NCBI GenBank assembly: GCA_964448075.1
Contig: CAYUUR010000001.1
Location: 129,785-193,784 of the forward strand
Direction of reading: 5' to 3'
Length of the DNA: 64,000 nucleotides
Origin: an uncultured Candidatus Saccharibacteria bacterium
GTDB lineage: Bacteria; Patescibacteriota; Saccharimonadia; Saccharimonadales; CAYUUR01
The translations under genes and the position numbers were made by a program. The notes under the pieces are model-generated. The model was given only the letters and a program-made list of their open reading frames with translations, was not told where the DNA came from and searched no databases. Below, piece by piece: positions 10,072 through 19,963 of this stretch (its first letter is position 1; the number at the start of each line of letters is the position of its first letter).

Positions 10072-10757
10072 GACTTACCACCTTTCGCGACAATCTTGCC
10101 ATCTTTGATGTGGACTTGTCGATCGCAACGTTTGGCAAGGTCTTCGTCATGTGTCACAAATATGAGCGTAATGCCTTTTTGTTTGTTGAGTTTAAAAAGC
10201 AAGTCCTCGATCTTTTGTCCGGTTGAGCTATCTAAGTTACCCGTCGGCTCATCCGCAAAGATAACTTTAGGATTGTTGACCAAAGCACGAGCGATAACGA
10301 CGCGCTGCTTCTGGCCGCCGCTTAAATCCGAGGCCTTGTTCTTCACCTTATCAGCAAGATCTACCGACTTCAGCACCTCAAGTGCCTGAGCTTTACGCTT
10401 GCGCGGTGACACGCCGGCAATTTTGAGAGGCAATAGCACATTATTGAGGACAGATTCGTCACTATTTAGGAAGAACTGCTGGAATACAAAGCCAAATTCA
10501 CTGTTACGAAGTGCATCCACTTGCTTACGCTTGAGGGTGCTCGCATCTATGCCGTTTATCGTAATTGAACCTTTTGTTGGTGAATCTAATAACGCGAGAA
10601 GATGCATGAGGGTGGATTTACCGGAGCCGCTTTTGCCAATTACCGCGATAGTTTCACCTTCGTTAATTGTGAGGTCAATGCCTTTCAGCGCGGTAAACGC
10701 AGCTTCGCCTTTACCGTAGGTTTTCGATAGTTTCTTGGTCTGTAATAATGTGTTCAT
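10068..10757 (-). CDS. ABC transporter ATP-binding protein (MacB/LolD-like)
   Basis: Walker A GKSGSGKST, signature LSGGQKQR, Walker B VIFADEPTGNLD. Confidence 0.9.
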   Translation of the reverse strand: MNTLLQTKKLSKTYGKGEAAFTALKGIDLTINEGETIAVIGKSGSGKSTLMHLLALLDSPTKGSITINGIDASTLKRKQVDALRNSEFGFVFQQFFLNSDESVLNNVLLPLKIAGVSPRKRKAQALEVLKSVDLADKVKNKASDLSGGQKQRVVIARALVNNPKVIFADEPTGNLDSSTGQKIEDLLFKLNKQKGITLIFVTHDEDLAKRCDRQVHIKDGKIVAKGGKS

Positions 10758-10778
10758 GTAGGTATTAGCATAGCATGG

Positions 10779-13271
10779 TTAGCTTCGCTCGACACCTTGC
10801 TCGGCAAGATTCTTGCAGACAGTATCAAGAATGCCGTTGACTTCTTCTGTTGTGAGCGTGCGCTCAAAATGGGTTAGGCGAATTCGATAGGTAGTATGTG
10901 TTTTTGCTTGTTCTTCCTTGCGGTAAATGTTGCGTGGTTCAAGACTCCATTCATAGCCACGCTCTACGGCAAGTGGCTCAATAGTTGCAGTCAGTACTTT
11001 CGTCAAATCAGCATAGCTGAGTTCGGAAGTAAACGTCATGTCTTGCTCGGTTGATGGAAAGCGTGACAACTGCACAAAACCGCGACTCTGCGGTGTTGCC
11101 TGCTGCAACTCATCTAGTCCAAGTTCAAAGCCAGCGCTATGAACCGGTAATTTGAAACCTTGGCGCGTTTCTGCTTTAAACTCGCCAACCACACCAATGA
11201 TTTCTTTGCTGCCCGCTACACCAACCAGCGCTGATCGCGTCAGGTCAAACGGTTGCGTTACAGGATAATCAAGATCTTTTGTAATTGGTTGGTACGTGAA
11301 GGTCACGCCGAGCTGATCGCTCAAAAAATCTAAGTATTGCTTGGCCTGATAGAAAGCCGCACCAGGCAAGGTTTTTGCAGCCTTATCGGTAACCGACAGC
11401 ACCATGCTTAGTACTTCAAACTCTTTTGGCACAGGTTCCTTGCCGTCACTGCTGTGGGCCTTCTGGTGGACTTTATTCATCTCATACACAGCCATGGCGT
11501 CAATGCCAGTCTTATGATTTTGATGGACCTTATCAAGCAGGCTCGGCGTCAGACTGAGCCGGTAGTACTGCAAGTCAGGACTCAGCGCGTTGCTTAAACG
11601 GAAGGCTTCTTTAGGGTTTTGCCCTGCTTTTGTGAGCAAGTTACTGTGAACAAAGCTGTAGGTCAGCAACTCATTCGCGCCAGCCCGAGCCATGATACTT
11701 CTCAGGTTCTGCTTATAGCTAAACCGCGCGTTGTTCGGAGCTGGTGTTAGGTCGCGCAGCGGCAAGGCCTGCGGCAAATTATCGTAGCCGATCAAACGAC
11801 CAACCTCTTCAACAATGTCTTCTGGGATAGCAATATCGGTCCGCCAGAACGGCGCAGTGATGGCCAACATCTCGTCCTTGCCTGAAACTTCAAACTCAAC
11901 ATTTGATAGGAGTGTAGCGATGCGGTTCTTTGGTAGGGCAATACCTAGACGTTCTTCTATAAATCTTGGCCCAACTTTTACTGTGCTTGGCACGGGCAAC
12001 TTGGCAGACTTGTCGTACGTTTCGCCCGCTATAACGCCCTTAGCTACATCGGAAATCATCTGGGCTGCATAGTTTAAGACATATTCATTCTGGAGCGGAC
12101 TCTGGCCTTTATTAAAGCGCGTTACGGCGTCTGTAAATAACCCGTAGTGCATGCTTGTGCGTCGTATGTTGTACATGTCAAAGCTCGCGCATTCCAATAT
12201 GACATTCTTGGTTGATGCGTCAACTTCTGTCTCGGCACCGCCCATTACGCCACCGACTGCAATCGGATATTGATCAGTGGCAATCATGACTGCAGGCGCT
12301 TCAAACTTAGCTGTCTTGCCATTAAGTAGCTCTAGCTCATCACCCTTCTCGGCTTCACGCACTACAATAACTGGCTGTCCTGAGCTGAGTTTCTTAACCT
12401 TGTCATAATCATAGGCGTGTAGTGGCTGCGCGGTGAGAACCATGCTCAGATTAGTAACGTCGACAATGTTGTTGATTGGTTTAAGGCCAACACGAGTGAG
12501 GAAACTCTGCACAGCAATAGACGATGGCGCAACTTGCACATCAGCAATCGGCACCATCATAAATCGTGGTACGAGGTCGGTAGCTTTGTTAACAACTGTC
12601 AACGGCAGTTTCTTGGCCGGGGCGCCGAGCTTGAGCGCATGCAAGTACCAGTCTGGTGAGCGGAACTCAATATCTTGAATCCCGGCAATCTCGCGTGCCA
12701 CGCCAAGGATGCCAAAGCAATCAGGGCGATGCGTAAACATCTTGTTTTCTATATCAATAATCACGTCATCAAGCTGGTAGACCTGACTCAAGCTTTTGCC
12801 CGGCAAGCAATCAACGTCAACTTCCATAATGCCTTCGTGGTCATCATTGATGGCTAGTTCTTTACCACTGGCTAACATACCGTTGCTCACAACCCCGCGA
12901 ATCTCCCGGGCTTCCAGGCGGAACTGATCTGTTTCCCAGGTGCTCGGCACCACGTTGCCCGGTGGAATCCACGCAACCAACATACCCTCACGAACATTTG
13001 GTGCACCACAGACTACCTGTACATGCCCGTCTGCGTCACGTTCGATATCTTTGCGTACTCCAGCATCATCGATCTTACACACATTAAGTTTGTCGGCATT
13101 GGCATGCTTCTTGATGCTCACAATCTTGGCAACTACAATGCCTTCGTATCGTTCGCCTAGTGCCACAACTTCTTCAACGGCACCAAGCTGTGCACCAATC
13201 TTTGTCACCAGCTCATCAGTCGAGCACTTGATATCAGTAAACTGCTTAATCCAATTAATACTTACTTTCAT
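10779..13271 (-). CDS. pheT: Phenylalanine--tRNA ligase beta subunit
   Basis: 830 aa with an N-terminal tRNA-binding (EMAP-like) domain, B3/4 and B5 regions, and a C-terminal anticodon-binding-like domain. It overlaps pheS by 4 nt. Confidence 0.92.
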   Translation of the reverse strand: MKVSINWIKQFTDIKCSTDELVTKIGAQLGAVEEVVALGERYEGIVVAKIVSIKKHANADKLNVCKIDDAGVRKDIERDADGHVQVVCGAPNVREGMLVAWIPPGNVVPSTWETDQFRLEAREIRGVVSNGMLASGKELAINDDHEGIMEVDVDCLPGKSLSQVYQLDDVIIDIENKMFTHRPDCFGILGVAREIAGIQDIEFRSPDWYLHALKLGAPAKKLPLTVVNKATDLVPRFMMVPIADVQVAPSSIAVQSFLTRVGLKPINNIVDVTNLSMVLTAQPLHAYDYDKVKKLSSGQPVIVVREAEKGDELELLNGKTAKFEAPAVMIATDQYPIAVGGVMGGAETEVDASTKNVILECASFDMYNIRRTSMHYGLFTDAVTRFNKGQSPLQNEYVLNYAAQMISDVAKGVIAGETYDKSAKLPVPSTVKVGPRFIEERLGIALPKNRIATLLSNVEFEVSGKDEMLAITAPFWRTDIAIPEDIVEEVGRLIGYDNLPQALPLRDLTPAPNNARFSYKQNLRSIMARAGANELLTYSFVHSNLLTKAGQNPKEAFRLSNALSPDLQYYRLSLTPSLLDKVHQNHKTGIDAMAVYEMNKVHQKAHSSDGKEPVPKEFEVLSMVLSVTDKAAKTLPGAAFYQAKQYLDFLSDQLGVTFTYQPITKDLDYPVTQPFDLTRSALVGVAGSKEIIGVVGEFKAETRQGFKLPVHSAGFELGLDELQQATPQSRGFVQLSRFPSTEQDMTFTSELSYADLTKVLTATIEPLAVERGYEWSLEPRNIYRKEEQAKTHTTYRIRLTHFERTLTTEEVNGILDTVCKNLAEQGVERS

Positions 13272-14302
13272 TTGAACTGCCTTAGGAATTTTAGGTTTCC
13301 GCTGTGGAAATAACGCACATCGTCTATGTCGTACTTCATCATAACCAAACGGTCCAGCCCGAGACCTCCCGCAAAGCCGGTGTAGATTTCTGGGTCGATG
13401 CCGGCCATCTTAAGTACATTCGGGTTAACCATGCCCATGCCCAGTAGCTCAATCCAGCCTTCGCCGCAAACCTTACAGCCTGCTTTATCGCAGAATGGGC
13501 ATGATATGGCCAGCTCAAAGCTTGGCTCGGTAAATGGAAAGTAGAATGGCTGGCTTTTGACTTCAATGTCTTTTTCGTAGTACTCAGACAAGAAGGTGCG
13601 AAATGTTGCTACCAAATTGCCAACGTTAATACCTTTGCCAACGTACATAAGCTCTACCTGATAGAAAGTGTGTTCGTGACGAGCGTCAACGTCTTCGTTC
13701 CGAAAGGTTCGACCTACATAAACATTGGCGATTGGTTTGCCCGCTTCAAGTAGTGGCTTGCCAGCTTTCAGCACGCGGTTTTGCATGGTGCTGACATGCG
13801 CCGGAGCAATCAGACCTTCTTCGGTCATAAAGGTATCGTAATCATCACGTGCTGGATGGCCTTCCGGAAAGTTCAAAGAATCAAACATATGGTAGGCGTC
13901 GTCTATCTGACGTGATTCTACTGGGGCAAAACCCATGCGCTGAAAGATACCTACTACCTTGTCGAGTTCGCGCATTAACGGATGAACGGAGCCGTTTTGA
14001 GCCGGAAGTAACCCAGGTTGAGTGTCAGTTCTTACGTTAACGTCAAAAGGTGCCGTTACATCAATAGGCGCAAGACTGGAGACAGAGGACTGGAGATTGG
14101 AGACGAGGCCCTCAAGCTCTGTTTTTAGGGCATTGATTTCTTTGCCAAATGCACCGCGTTCCTTAGCGTCAAGTGTTGGGATCTCAGCATACAAACTTTT
14201 TAGTAGCGGCGAACGCAACACACTCTGTGGCTCGTCAGCTTTTTTAATCTCCGCCTTTAGCTTTTCGGCAACATCAGCAATCTTCTTGTTTGTATAGCTC
14301 AT
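13268..14302 (-). CDS. pheS: Phenylalanine--tRNA ligase alpha subunit
   Basis: Class II aaRS motifs (HPARD..DTF, FRNE, GMGMVNP..GFAGGLGLDR). Confidence 0.95.
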   Translation of the reverse strand: MSYTNKKIADVAEKLKAEIKKADEPQSVLRSPLLKSLYAEIPTLDAKERGAFGKEINALKTELEGLVSNLQSSVSSLAPIDVTAPFDVNVRTDTQPGLLPAQNGSVHPLMRELDKVVGIFQRMGFAPVESRQIDDAYHMFDSLNFPEGHPARDDYDTFMTEEGLIAPAHVSTMQNRVLKAGKPLLEAGKPIANVYVGRTFRNEDVDARHEHTFYQVELMYVGKGINVGNLVATFRTFLSEYYEKDIEVKSQPFYFPFTEPSFELAISCPFCDKAGCKVCGEGWIELLGMGMVNPNVLKMAGIDPEIYTGFAGGLGLDRLVMMKYDIDDVRYFHSGNLKFLRQFK

Positions 14303-14339
14303 ATTTAGCTCATTATACCAGCTATGCTACTCTGGTGGT

Positions 14340-14885
14340 ATGGCTTTAAGCATAGAGATTCACAAACCGCCTGTCGCCGTAGATATTCCAGATAATGAAC
14401 TACAGATTTTTCTTGCAGGCCCGATACAAGGTGCCCCTGATTGGCAACAGCAGGCGACTGAAATGCTGGCAGATCGGCTTAAACACGAAGACGCAACAAT
14501 TCATATAGCAAACCCCCGTCGCGGCGTGTTTAGACAAGAAGGCTTTGATTACGATGCATATAAAGAACAGGTCGGCTGGGAAAAGACAAGCATCAAACGC
14601 GCCGCACGACTCGGCGCCGTCCTCTTTTGGTTTGCTGCAGAGTCTACTGAAGCACCGGCACCAAACCGCCCTGACCGCCAATACGCCAAAACAACCATCA
14701 AAGAACTGCACCGCGCCGTTGGCTGGAAGGATTATGACGCAGGCATCAACTTAGTAGTCGGCATCGAGCCCGGATTTAATGAGCGCTTGCGCTATGACCG
14801 TTTATGTATCGAGGAGTTTGCATTGCCGGTTCATACAAGCCTTGCGGATGTTGTTGGCGCAATTATAGAGTCACTAAGTAAATAA
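14340..14885 (+). CDS. Nucleoside 2-deoxyribosyltransferase-like protein
   Basis: IFLAGPIQGAPDW near the N-terminus and a later QVGWE...FWF segment resemble the Nuc_deoxyri_tr2-type fold. Recognised from memory only. Confidence 0.5.
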   Translation: MALSIEIHKPPVAVDIPDNELQIFLAGPIQGAPDWQQQATEMLADRLKHEDATIHIANPRRGVFRQEGFDYDAYKEQVGWEKTSIKRAARLGAVLFWFAAESTEAPAPNRPDRQYAKTTIKELHRAVGWKDYDAGINLVVGIEPGFNERLRYDRLCIEEFALPVHTSLADVVGAIIESLSK

Positions 14886-14897
14886 CAGGAGTTATAT

Positions 14898-15395
14898 ATG
14901 GCACAGTTTAGTTTTGATATAGTAAGCGACTATGACAAATCAGAGATGAACAACGTCTTTGACCAAACGCAGCGCGAGATAACAGCGCGCTACGACTTTA
15001 AAGGCACACCTGCAGCGATTGATTGGCTTAACGCCGAGAAAACAGGCTTCAAGATAACAGGCAATAGCGATTACCAGATAGACGCAATTCTCGACATCGT
15101 ACGCAAAAAACTTGCCACGCGTGAACAGAGCCAAAAAGTCCTCGACACCACCAAAGAAGCTTCCACCAGTAACATGCAAACCACCAAAGAAGTACCGTTC
15201 CTGCAAGGGCTCGATCAAGAAAAAGCCAAGAAAATCACCAAGCTGATCCGTGACGAACTACCCAAGGTCAAGACTCAGATCCAAGGCACCGAAGTCCGCG
15301 TGACCAGTGGCAGCAAGGACGACCTCCAGACCGTCATGCAACTGCTCCGCAGTAAGGACTTCGACTTCCCTCTCAGCTTCACCAACTTCCGCTAG
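14898..15395 (+). CDS. yajQ: YajQ family nucleotide/cyclic-di-GMP-binding protein (UPF0234)
   Basis: FDIVSDYDKSEMNNVFDQTQREITARYDFKGT is the conserved YajQ N-terminus. AGGAG lies upstream. Confidence 0.85.
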   Translation: MAQFSFDIVSDYDKSEMNNVFDQTQREITARYDFKGTPAAIDWLNAEKTGFKITGNSDYQIDAILDIVRKKLATREQSQKVLDTTKEASTSNMQTTKEVPFLQGLDQEKAKKITKLIRDELPKVKTQIQGTEVRVTSGSKDDLQTVMQLLRSKDFDFPLSFTNFR

Positions 15396-15432
15396 TGTAG
15401 CTAATAAAATATGGTCTGGTATACTTTCTGCT

Positions 15433-16842
15433 ATGCACCAACAGGCTCTGAACTACGAGAGGATTAAAGCTCAAGCACGTCACCAGTTAGAACAGAACTG
15501 GACGGGCGAGTACTACGCGCCGCACCTTGACGGCGCATTCCCTGACAACTTCCTGTGGGATACCTGCTTTGTGGCTATGGGGCTGGCTGAAGATGAGCCA
15601 ATGATAGCAGCAACGCAAATGGTTCAGTTAATGCGCTACCAGTGGCCAAATGGCATGATCGCCAACCAGAACGTTGACACAGAACGGAGCGGCACAATTA
15701 TTGAACGCCTAAACTTCCGAACAGACAAAAGCCCTGAAGCACCTGAGAAGCAACCTACCAGCGGCTTTTCTCAACCACCTATGATTGCAGAGGCAACCTG
15801 GACCGTAGCACAAGCGCTGCCCGCGCCAGAGAGACAGCGCTTCTTGGACGTCATGCTGCCAGGGATTATCTCGTACCATCAGTGGCTATTTGATGAGCGA
15901 GATATCAACGGCGACGGTTTAGTCACCCAAATACATCCGTACGAAACAGGTATGGACAACACCCCGCCATACGAATATTTAGTGATGGATAGCAGGTCAA
16001 GATCCGAACGCTTACTCACAGGCCGGGTTATGATGAGCGTCTTTGGCCCGGCCCTTGGTGCGCTGCGTCGCGACTTCAAACATGCTGATCCAGACCACCG
16101 CATGCACAACGCCTCAGTTGCGCAATATCAACTGCTCATCCGCAAACTCGCTCGTCACAGATACGACATCGACAGCATTATTGCCGACCAATCAATTCCA
16201 CTCGTAGAGGATATAACATTCAACAGTATCTTTATGCGCGCGAACACGCGCTTGGTAGAGCTTGCGAGTATGTCCAGCCAAGAACTCCCTGCGCAGCTCA
16301 AAGAGAATATTGCACGGCAACGTACAGCGCTAGATAATCTTTGGGATCCAGCTCAAAAAACATACTTTAGCCGTAACGCCCGTACCAAAGAACTCATTAA
16401 GATCAAAACTATCGGTTCACTTATGCCGCTTTATGCAACTACGCTTGAGCCAGAGCGACGAGACCACCTCGTTGACGACCTAATCGACCCCCGACAATTC
16501 TGGACACGTTACCCCGTACCCAGCGTACCGTGCAAACCTGCCTTTGATGCCAAAGCGCGTCCACTTCACGACCCAAACAGATATTGGAGCGGTGCTTCTT
16601 GGCTTTGGATGAACGGGCTATTAACCGATGGCTTGGAGCGCAACAATGAGCCAGAAATTGCCGGCACACTGCGTCAAAAATCTCTCAGAATGTTTGCGCA
16701 TACGGTCAGAAAACAACAAAGGGGCGCTGCAGAGTACTACAACCCTCACACTGGAGAGGCCATTGGGGTGTTTCCTTTCAGTGCTGCAGCCGCGTGGACA
16801 ATGCGTTTTGCCGACATAGAATTAGCAAAAGCGCTATACTAG
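15433..16842 (+). CDS. GH63-like (alpha/alpha)6 glycoside hydrolase, paralog 1
   Basis: FLWDTCF near the N-terminus and YWSGASWLWMNGLL near the C-terminus. The size matches glucosyl/mannosylglycerate-hydrolase-type enzymes. The start is at ATG 15433, 7 nt after TGgTATACT. Confidence 0.55.
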   Translation: MHQQALNYERIKAQARHQLEQNWTGEYYAPHLDGAFPDNFLWDTCFVAMGLAEDEPMIAATQMVQLMRYQWPNGMIANQNVDTERSGTIIERLNFRTDKSPEAPEKQPTSGFSQPPMIAEATWTVAQALPAPERQRFLDVMLPGIISYHQWLFDERDINGDGLVTQIHPYETGMDNTPPYEYLVMDSRSRSERLLTGRVMMSVFGPALGALRRDFKHADPDHRMHNASVAQYQLLIRKLARHRYDIDSIIADQSIPLVEDITFNSIFMRANTRLVELASMSSQELPAQLKENIARQRTALDNLWDPAQKTYFSRNARTKELIKIKTIGSLMPLYATTLEPERRDHLVDDLIDPRQFWTRYPVPSVPCKPAFDAKARPLHDPNRYWSGASWLWMNGLLTDGLERNNEPEIAGTLRQKSLRMFAHTVRKQQRGAAEYYNPHTGEAIGVFPFSAAAAWTMRFADIELAKALY

Positions 16843-16846
16843 TTCT

Positions 16847-18214
16847 ATGATTTCTGATGACTTGGCCAGCCAAGCCCAAAAAGTGCTCGAGGATAACAAT
16901 CGCTATGACCAGTACACCGTTCCAGCGATTGGTCTATATCCACACCAATGGCTATGGGATAGCTGTTTTATTGCTATCGGTCAGCGTCATTATGATGTGA
17001 AGCGCGCCCAACAAGAAATCCTGAGCCTCTTGCGTGGCCAGTGGTCAAACGGCATGATCCCAAACATGGTGTTTACTAAAACCGACAAACATCGGCGCGA
17101 TAGTAACTTATGGCGTAGCTGGCAAAGTCCTTATGCACCTGATGACGTCGCAACAAGTGGCATCACACAACCACCAGTGCTTGCTGAAGCAGTCACCAAA
17201 ATTGGCGACAAGCTCTCGCTGCCCGAACGTCGCATGTGGTATCAAACAGTATTCAAGGCATTGGTCCGTTATCACAGCTGGCTCTATGCTGAGCGTGACC
17301 CACGTCAAACCGGCCTGGTTCTGCTCGTTCACCCGTGGGAATCCGGCCTCGACAACACTCCGCCGTGGATGTACGAGCTCCATCAGCATAGTCTGCCCTG
17401 GTGGGTCGGCGCAGTCGGTACGTTACATCTGGATAAAGTCGTTAATTTCTTCAGACGTGATGTACAGTTCGTACCAGCTGAACAGCGCCTATCAACGATA
17501 GATATTTTGGCTCTATACAGTATTCTCCGCCGACTCAGACGCAAGACATATGACACGGAGCGAATCCTATCGCACTCGTTGCTAAGCATTGAAGACCTCA
17601 CGTTTAATAGCATCCTGATACGCAACAACAGCCACCTGCAAAAGATTGCCAAAACAATCAAGCAACCCCTGCCAGAAGAGCTCACAACTGCCATGCGAAA
17701 AGCCGAGTCCGCTCTTGAAGAATTATGGGATCCATACGCAGGTCAGTACTACAGTCGTAACTACGCATCAAACAAACTCATCAAAATACCAAGCATTGCC
17801 ACGTTGATGCCCCTGTATGCAGGCTGCATAACCAAAGAACGTGCCGAGCAGCTCGTTCGACTACTGACTGATAAAAAACAGTACGCCGCTCACTTCCCGG
17901 TGCCATCAACACCCATGAATTCAGAGTGGTATAGAGAAATGGGCTATTGGCAAGGGCCAACTTGGATTAATACCAACTGGCTGATTATTGACGGACTAGA
18001 GCGTTACGGCTACCACGATCTCGCAGATCAGATTCGTGAACGGTCGCTCGACCTAGTAAAAGAAGCTGGCTTCTATGAATATTTCTCTGCAAAAACAGGG
18101 CAAGCCGCTGGGACAGACCATTTTTCATGGACAGCAGCACTAACAATTGACCTACTGCAGCAGCAGGCTAGCCACCAAAAAAGTACCAAAAACGCTTCAA
18201 AATCAGACCAATAA
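16847..18214 (+). CDS. GH63-like (alpha/alpha)6 glycoside hydrolase, paralog 2
   Basis: HQWLWDSCFIAIG, GITQPP, HPWESGLDNTPPW and YWQGPTWINTNWLI are colinear with the upstream paralog. Confidence 0.55.
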   Translation: MISDDLASQAQKVLEDNNRYDQYTVPAIGLYPHQWLWDSCFIAIGQRHYDVKRAQQEILSLLRGQWSNGMIPNMVFTKTDKHRRDSNLWRSWQSPYAPDDVATSGITQPPVLAEAVTKIGDKLSLPERRMWYQTVFKALVRYHSWLYAERDPRQTGLVLLVHPWESGLDNTPPWMYELHQHSLPWWVGAVGTLHLDKVVNFFRRDVQFVPAEQRLSTIDILALYSILRRLRRKTYDTERILSHSLLSIEDLTFNSILIRNNSHLQKIAKTIKQPLPEELTTAMRKAESALEELWDPYAGQYYSRNYASNKLIKIPSIATLMPLYAGCITKERAEQLVRLLTDKKQYAAHFPVPSTPMNSEWYREMGYWQGPTWINTNWLIIDGLERYGYHDLADQIRERSLDLVKEAGFYEYFSAKTGQAAGTDHFSWTAALTIDLLQQQASHQKSTKNASKSDQ

Positions 18215-18764
18215 CCACCACGTACCAAACAACTAACATATCAAAGTGGTGACGATCAAAGAACGCTGCGAGAGGACGCAACGCTTTAGGCGGGACAATA
18301 TTTTTACTTCGTAAGTTCCAGAGCGTGGTATACACAAACGCAGGCATGGTGATTGACCAGACGACCATACAGTATAAGCAGAGTGCGCCAATCTCATACA
18401 AACTCTCATGTATAAGCCAGTGTACGAAGATAACCCCACCTAGCGTGCCCAGATTAAATAGCATCCAATACCATTTCTTAAACGTTGCGCCAGCCAGCAT
18501 AGCAACTCCCGTACCAAGCACCAGCGTGAAAGAAATAAGGCCTATAAAGGCGTTTGGGAAGCCAAAGGCTGATGCTTGTTCAGTCTTCATGATACTGGTG
18601 CAGCTAAAGATCGGATTAATATTGCAGGACGCCTGATAGTCAGGGTTTTTAAGTAGTTCAATCTTCTCAAGGCTTAATACAAAGGCAGCTATCAAGCCAA
18701 TAACGCCAACAATTACCAACAGCCACGGATAAATCTTTGCAAAGTTAATGTTTCGTTTACTCAT
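18168..18764 (-). CDS. Vitamin K epoxide reductase (VKOR) family protein
   Basis: Loop cysteines (SCNINPIFSC) and a CLYC redox motif in the last TM region. Four or five TM helices. Confidence 0.8.
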   Translation of the reverse strand: MSKRNINFAKIYPWLLVIVGVIGLIAAFVLSLEKIELLKNPDYQASCNINPIFSCTSIMKTEQASAFGFPNAFIGLISFTLVLGTGVAMLAGATFKKWYWMLFNLGTLGGVIFVHWLIHESLYEIGALCLYCMVVWSITMPAFVYTTLWNLRSKNIVPPKALRPLAAFFDRHHFDMLVVWYVVVIGLILKRFWYFFGG

Positions 18765-19942
18765 CAGAATTTAGCAACCTTTCCGCCCTTGCGCCATGTT
18801 TTAACGGCTTTTTTATATGGTTCAAAGTTCTGGAATATCCACAGATCGGCTTTGCGCCTGACCCGCCAACCAGCCTTACCGCTTACTACTTTATCACCCG
18901 ACTGAACTACTGCCCAGTTTGGACCAATTGTCACCACGTATATTGGCTTGCGCGAACGGTACAATTTGTGTGGTTGCCCCTTGGTTAGAGCAATAAAGTT
19001 CCGCGCCACAAACTTGGCATCATGAATAGCAGTCTGAGCCATGCCACTATATTTTGTCAGTGCATTGTCACCAATAACAAAGATGTCTTTGTGGCCGATT
19101 GGTCGCAAGAAGCTATCAACCTTTACCTTGCCGTGTTCTAAAGTAAAGACTTCTGGGTGGTTAGCATAAAAATCGACTACGCGACTTCCAGCCGTCCATA
19201 CAATCAAGTCAGCATGTACGTCTCGTCCACTGACGCATACCTTTCCGGGTTCGCAGGCATTGACGCGTGTATTCAACCGTAGGGCAACACCTTGCTTTGT
19301 CAGATGCTTCTGTGCGATTGCAGAGGCCTTCTCGTTAAGTAATGGCAGGACGCGACCAGACCCTTCTATAAGTGTAAGTTCAAGTCTCTTCAGCGGTCGT
19401 TTGTCTTTTTTGGCTACGAGTTCGGCAAAATACGGCAGCTCAGCAACCAACTCTACGCCAGACGCACCGCCACCAATAACAGCAATCCGCACCGTTTCTT
19501 TTTTGCTTCTGAGGAGCGCAATCAACTTGTGTCGTAATACCATAGTATTGCTGACTGTGGTCATAGCAACGGTATTTTGTTCCATTCCTTCGATACCAAA
19601 GTAGTTCGTAATATTACCCATCGCGAAGACGACTTTGTCATACGAATAAATACTGCCCATCTCACTTTCAAGTCGTTTCATACCAGGGTCAATCTTGGTT
19701 ACCGAATCAAGTACAACACTCACATTACGGGCCTTACGGAAAATCTCGCGCAGCGGAATCACAACTTCCATAGGCGAGCGGCCAGTTGCAGTACGATAGA
19801 GCGCACCATGATACTCAAAGTTCATACCCTGGGAAATCAGTGTCACCAGAACATTACGCTTATTCGCCAACTCCAGAGCGGTCTTAACGCCACCAAAGCC
19901 ACCACCAACGACTACAACGTGTATTTGCTCTTTCTTGCTCAT
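18764..19942 (-). CDS. ndh: Type II NADH:quinone oxidoreductase (NDH-2)-like flavoprotein
   Basis: VVVVGGGFGGV and VIGGGASGVE dinucleotide folds with a C-terminal GDNA motif. Its stop overlaps the VKOR start by 1 nt. Confidence 0.75.
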   Translation of the reverse strand: MSKKEQIHVVVVGGGFGGVKTALELANKRNVLVTLISQGMNFEYHGALYRTATGRSPMEVVIPLREIFRKARNVSVVLDSVTKIDPGMKRLESEMGSIYSYDKVVFAMGNITNYFGIEGMEQNTVAMTTVSNTMVLRHKLIALLRSKKETVRIAVIGGGASGVELVAELPYFAELVAKKDKRPLKRLELTLIEGSGRVLPLLNEKASAIAQKHLTKQGVALRLNTRVNACEPGKVCVSGRDVHADLIVWTAGSRVVDFYANHPEVFTLEHGKVKVDSFLRPIGHKDIFVIGDNALTKYSGMAQTAIHDAKFVARNFIALTKGQPHKLYRSRKPIYVVTIGPNWAVVQSGDKVVSGKAGWRVRRKADLWIFQNFEPYKKAVKTWRKGGKVAKF

Positions 19943-19963
19943 GCTTAATACTAGTATAGCAAA

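Noticed and set aside
14303-14339. A T-box leader upstream of pheS.
   Set aside because: Only 37 nt separate pheS from the divergent gene, too short for a T-box. No specifier or T-box sequence is seen.
15307-15432. A 42-codon N-terminal extension of the first GH63-like gene, overlapping yajQ.
   Set aside because: The extension overlaps the 3' end of yajQ in another frame. ATG 15433 follows a TGgTATACT box and matches the N-terminus of the tandem paralog.
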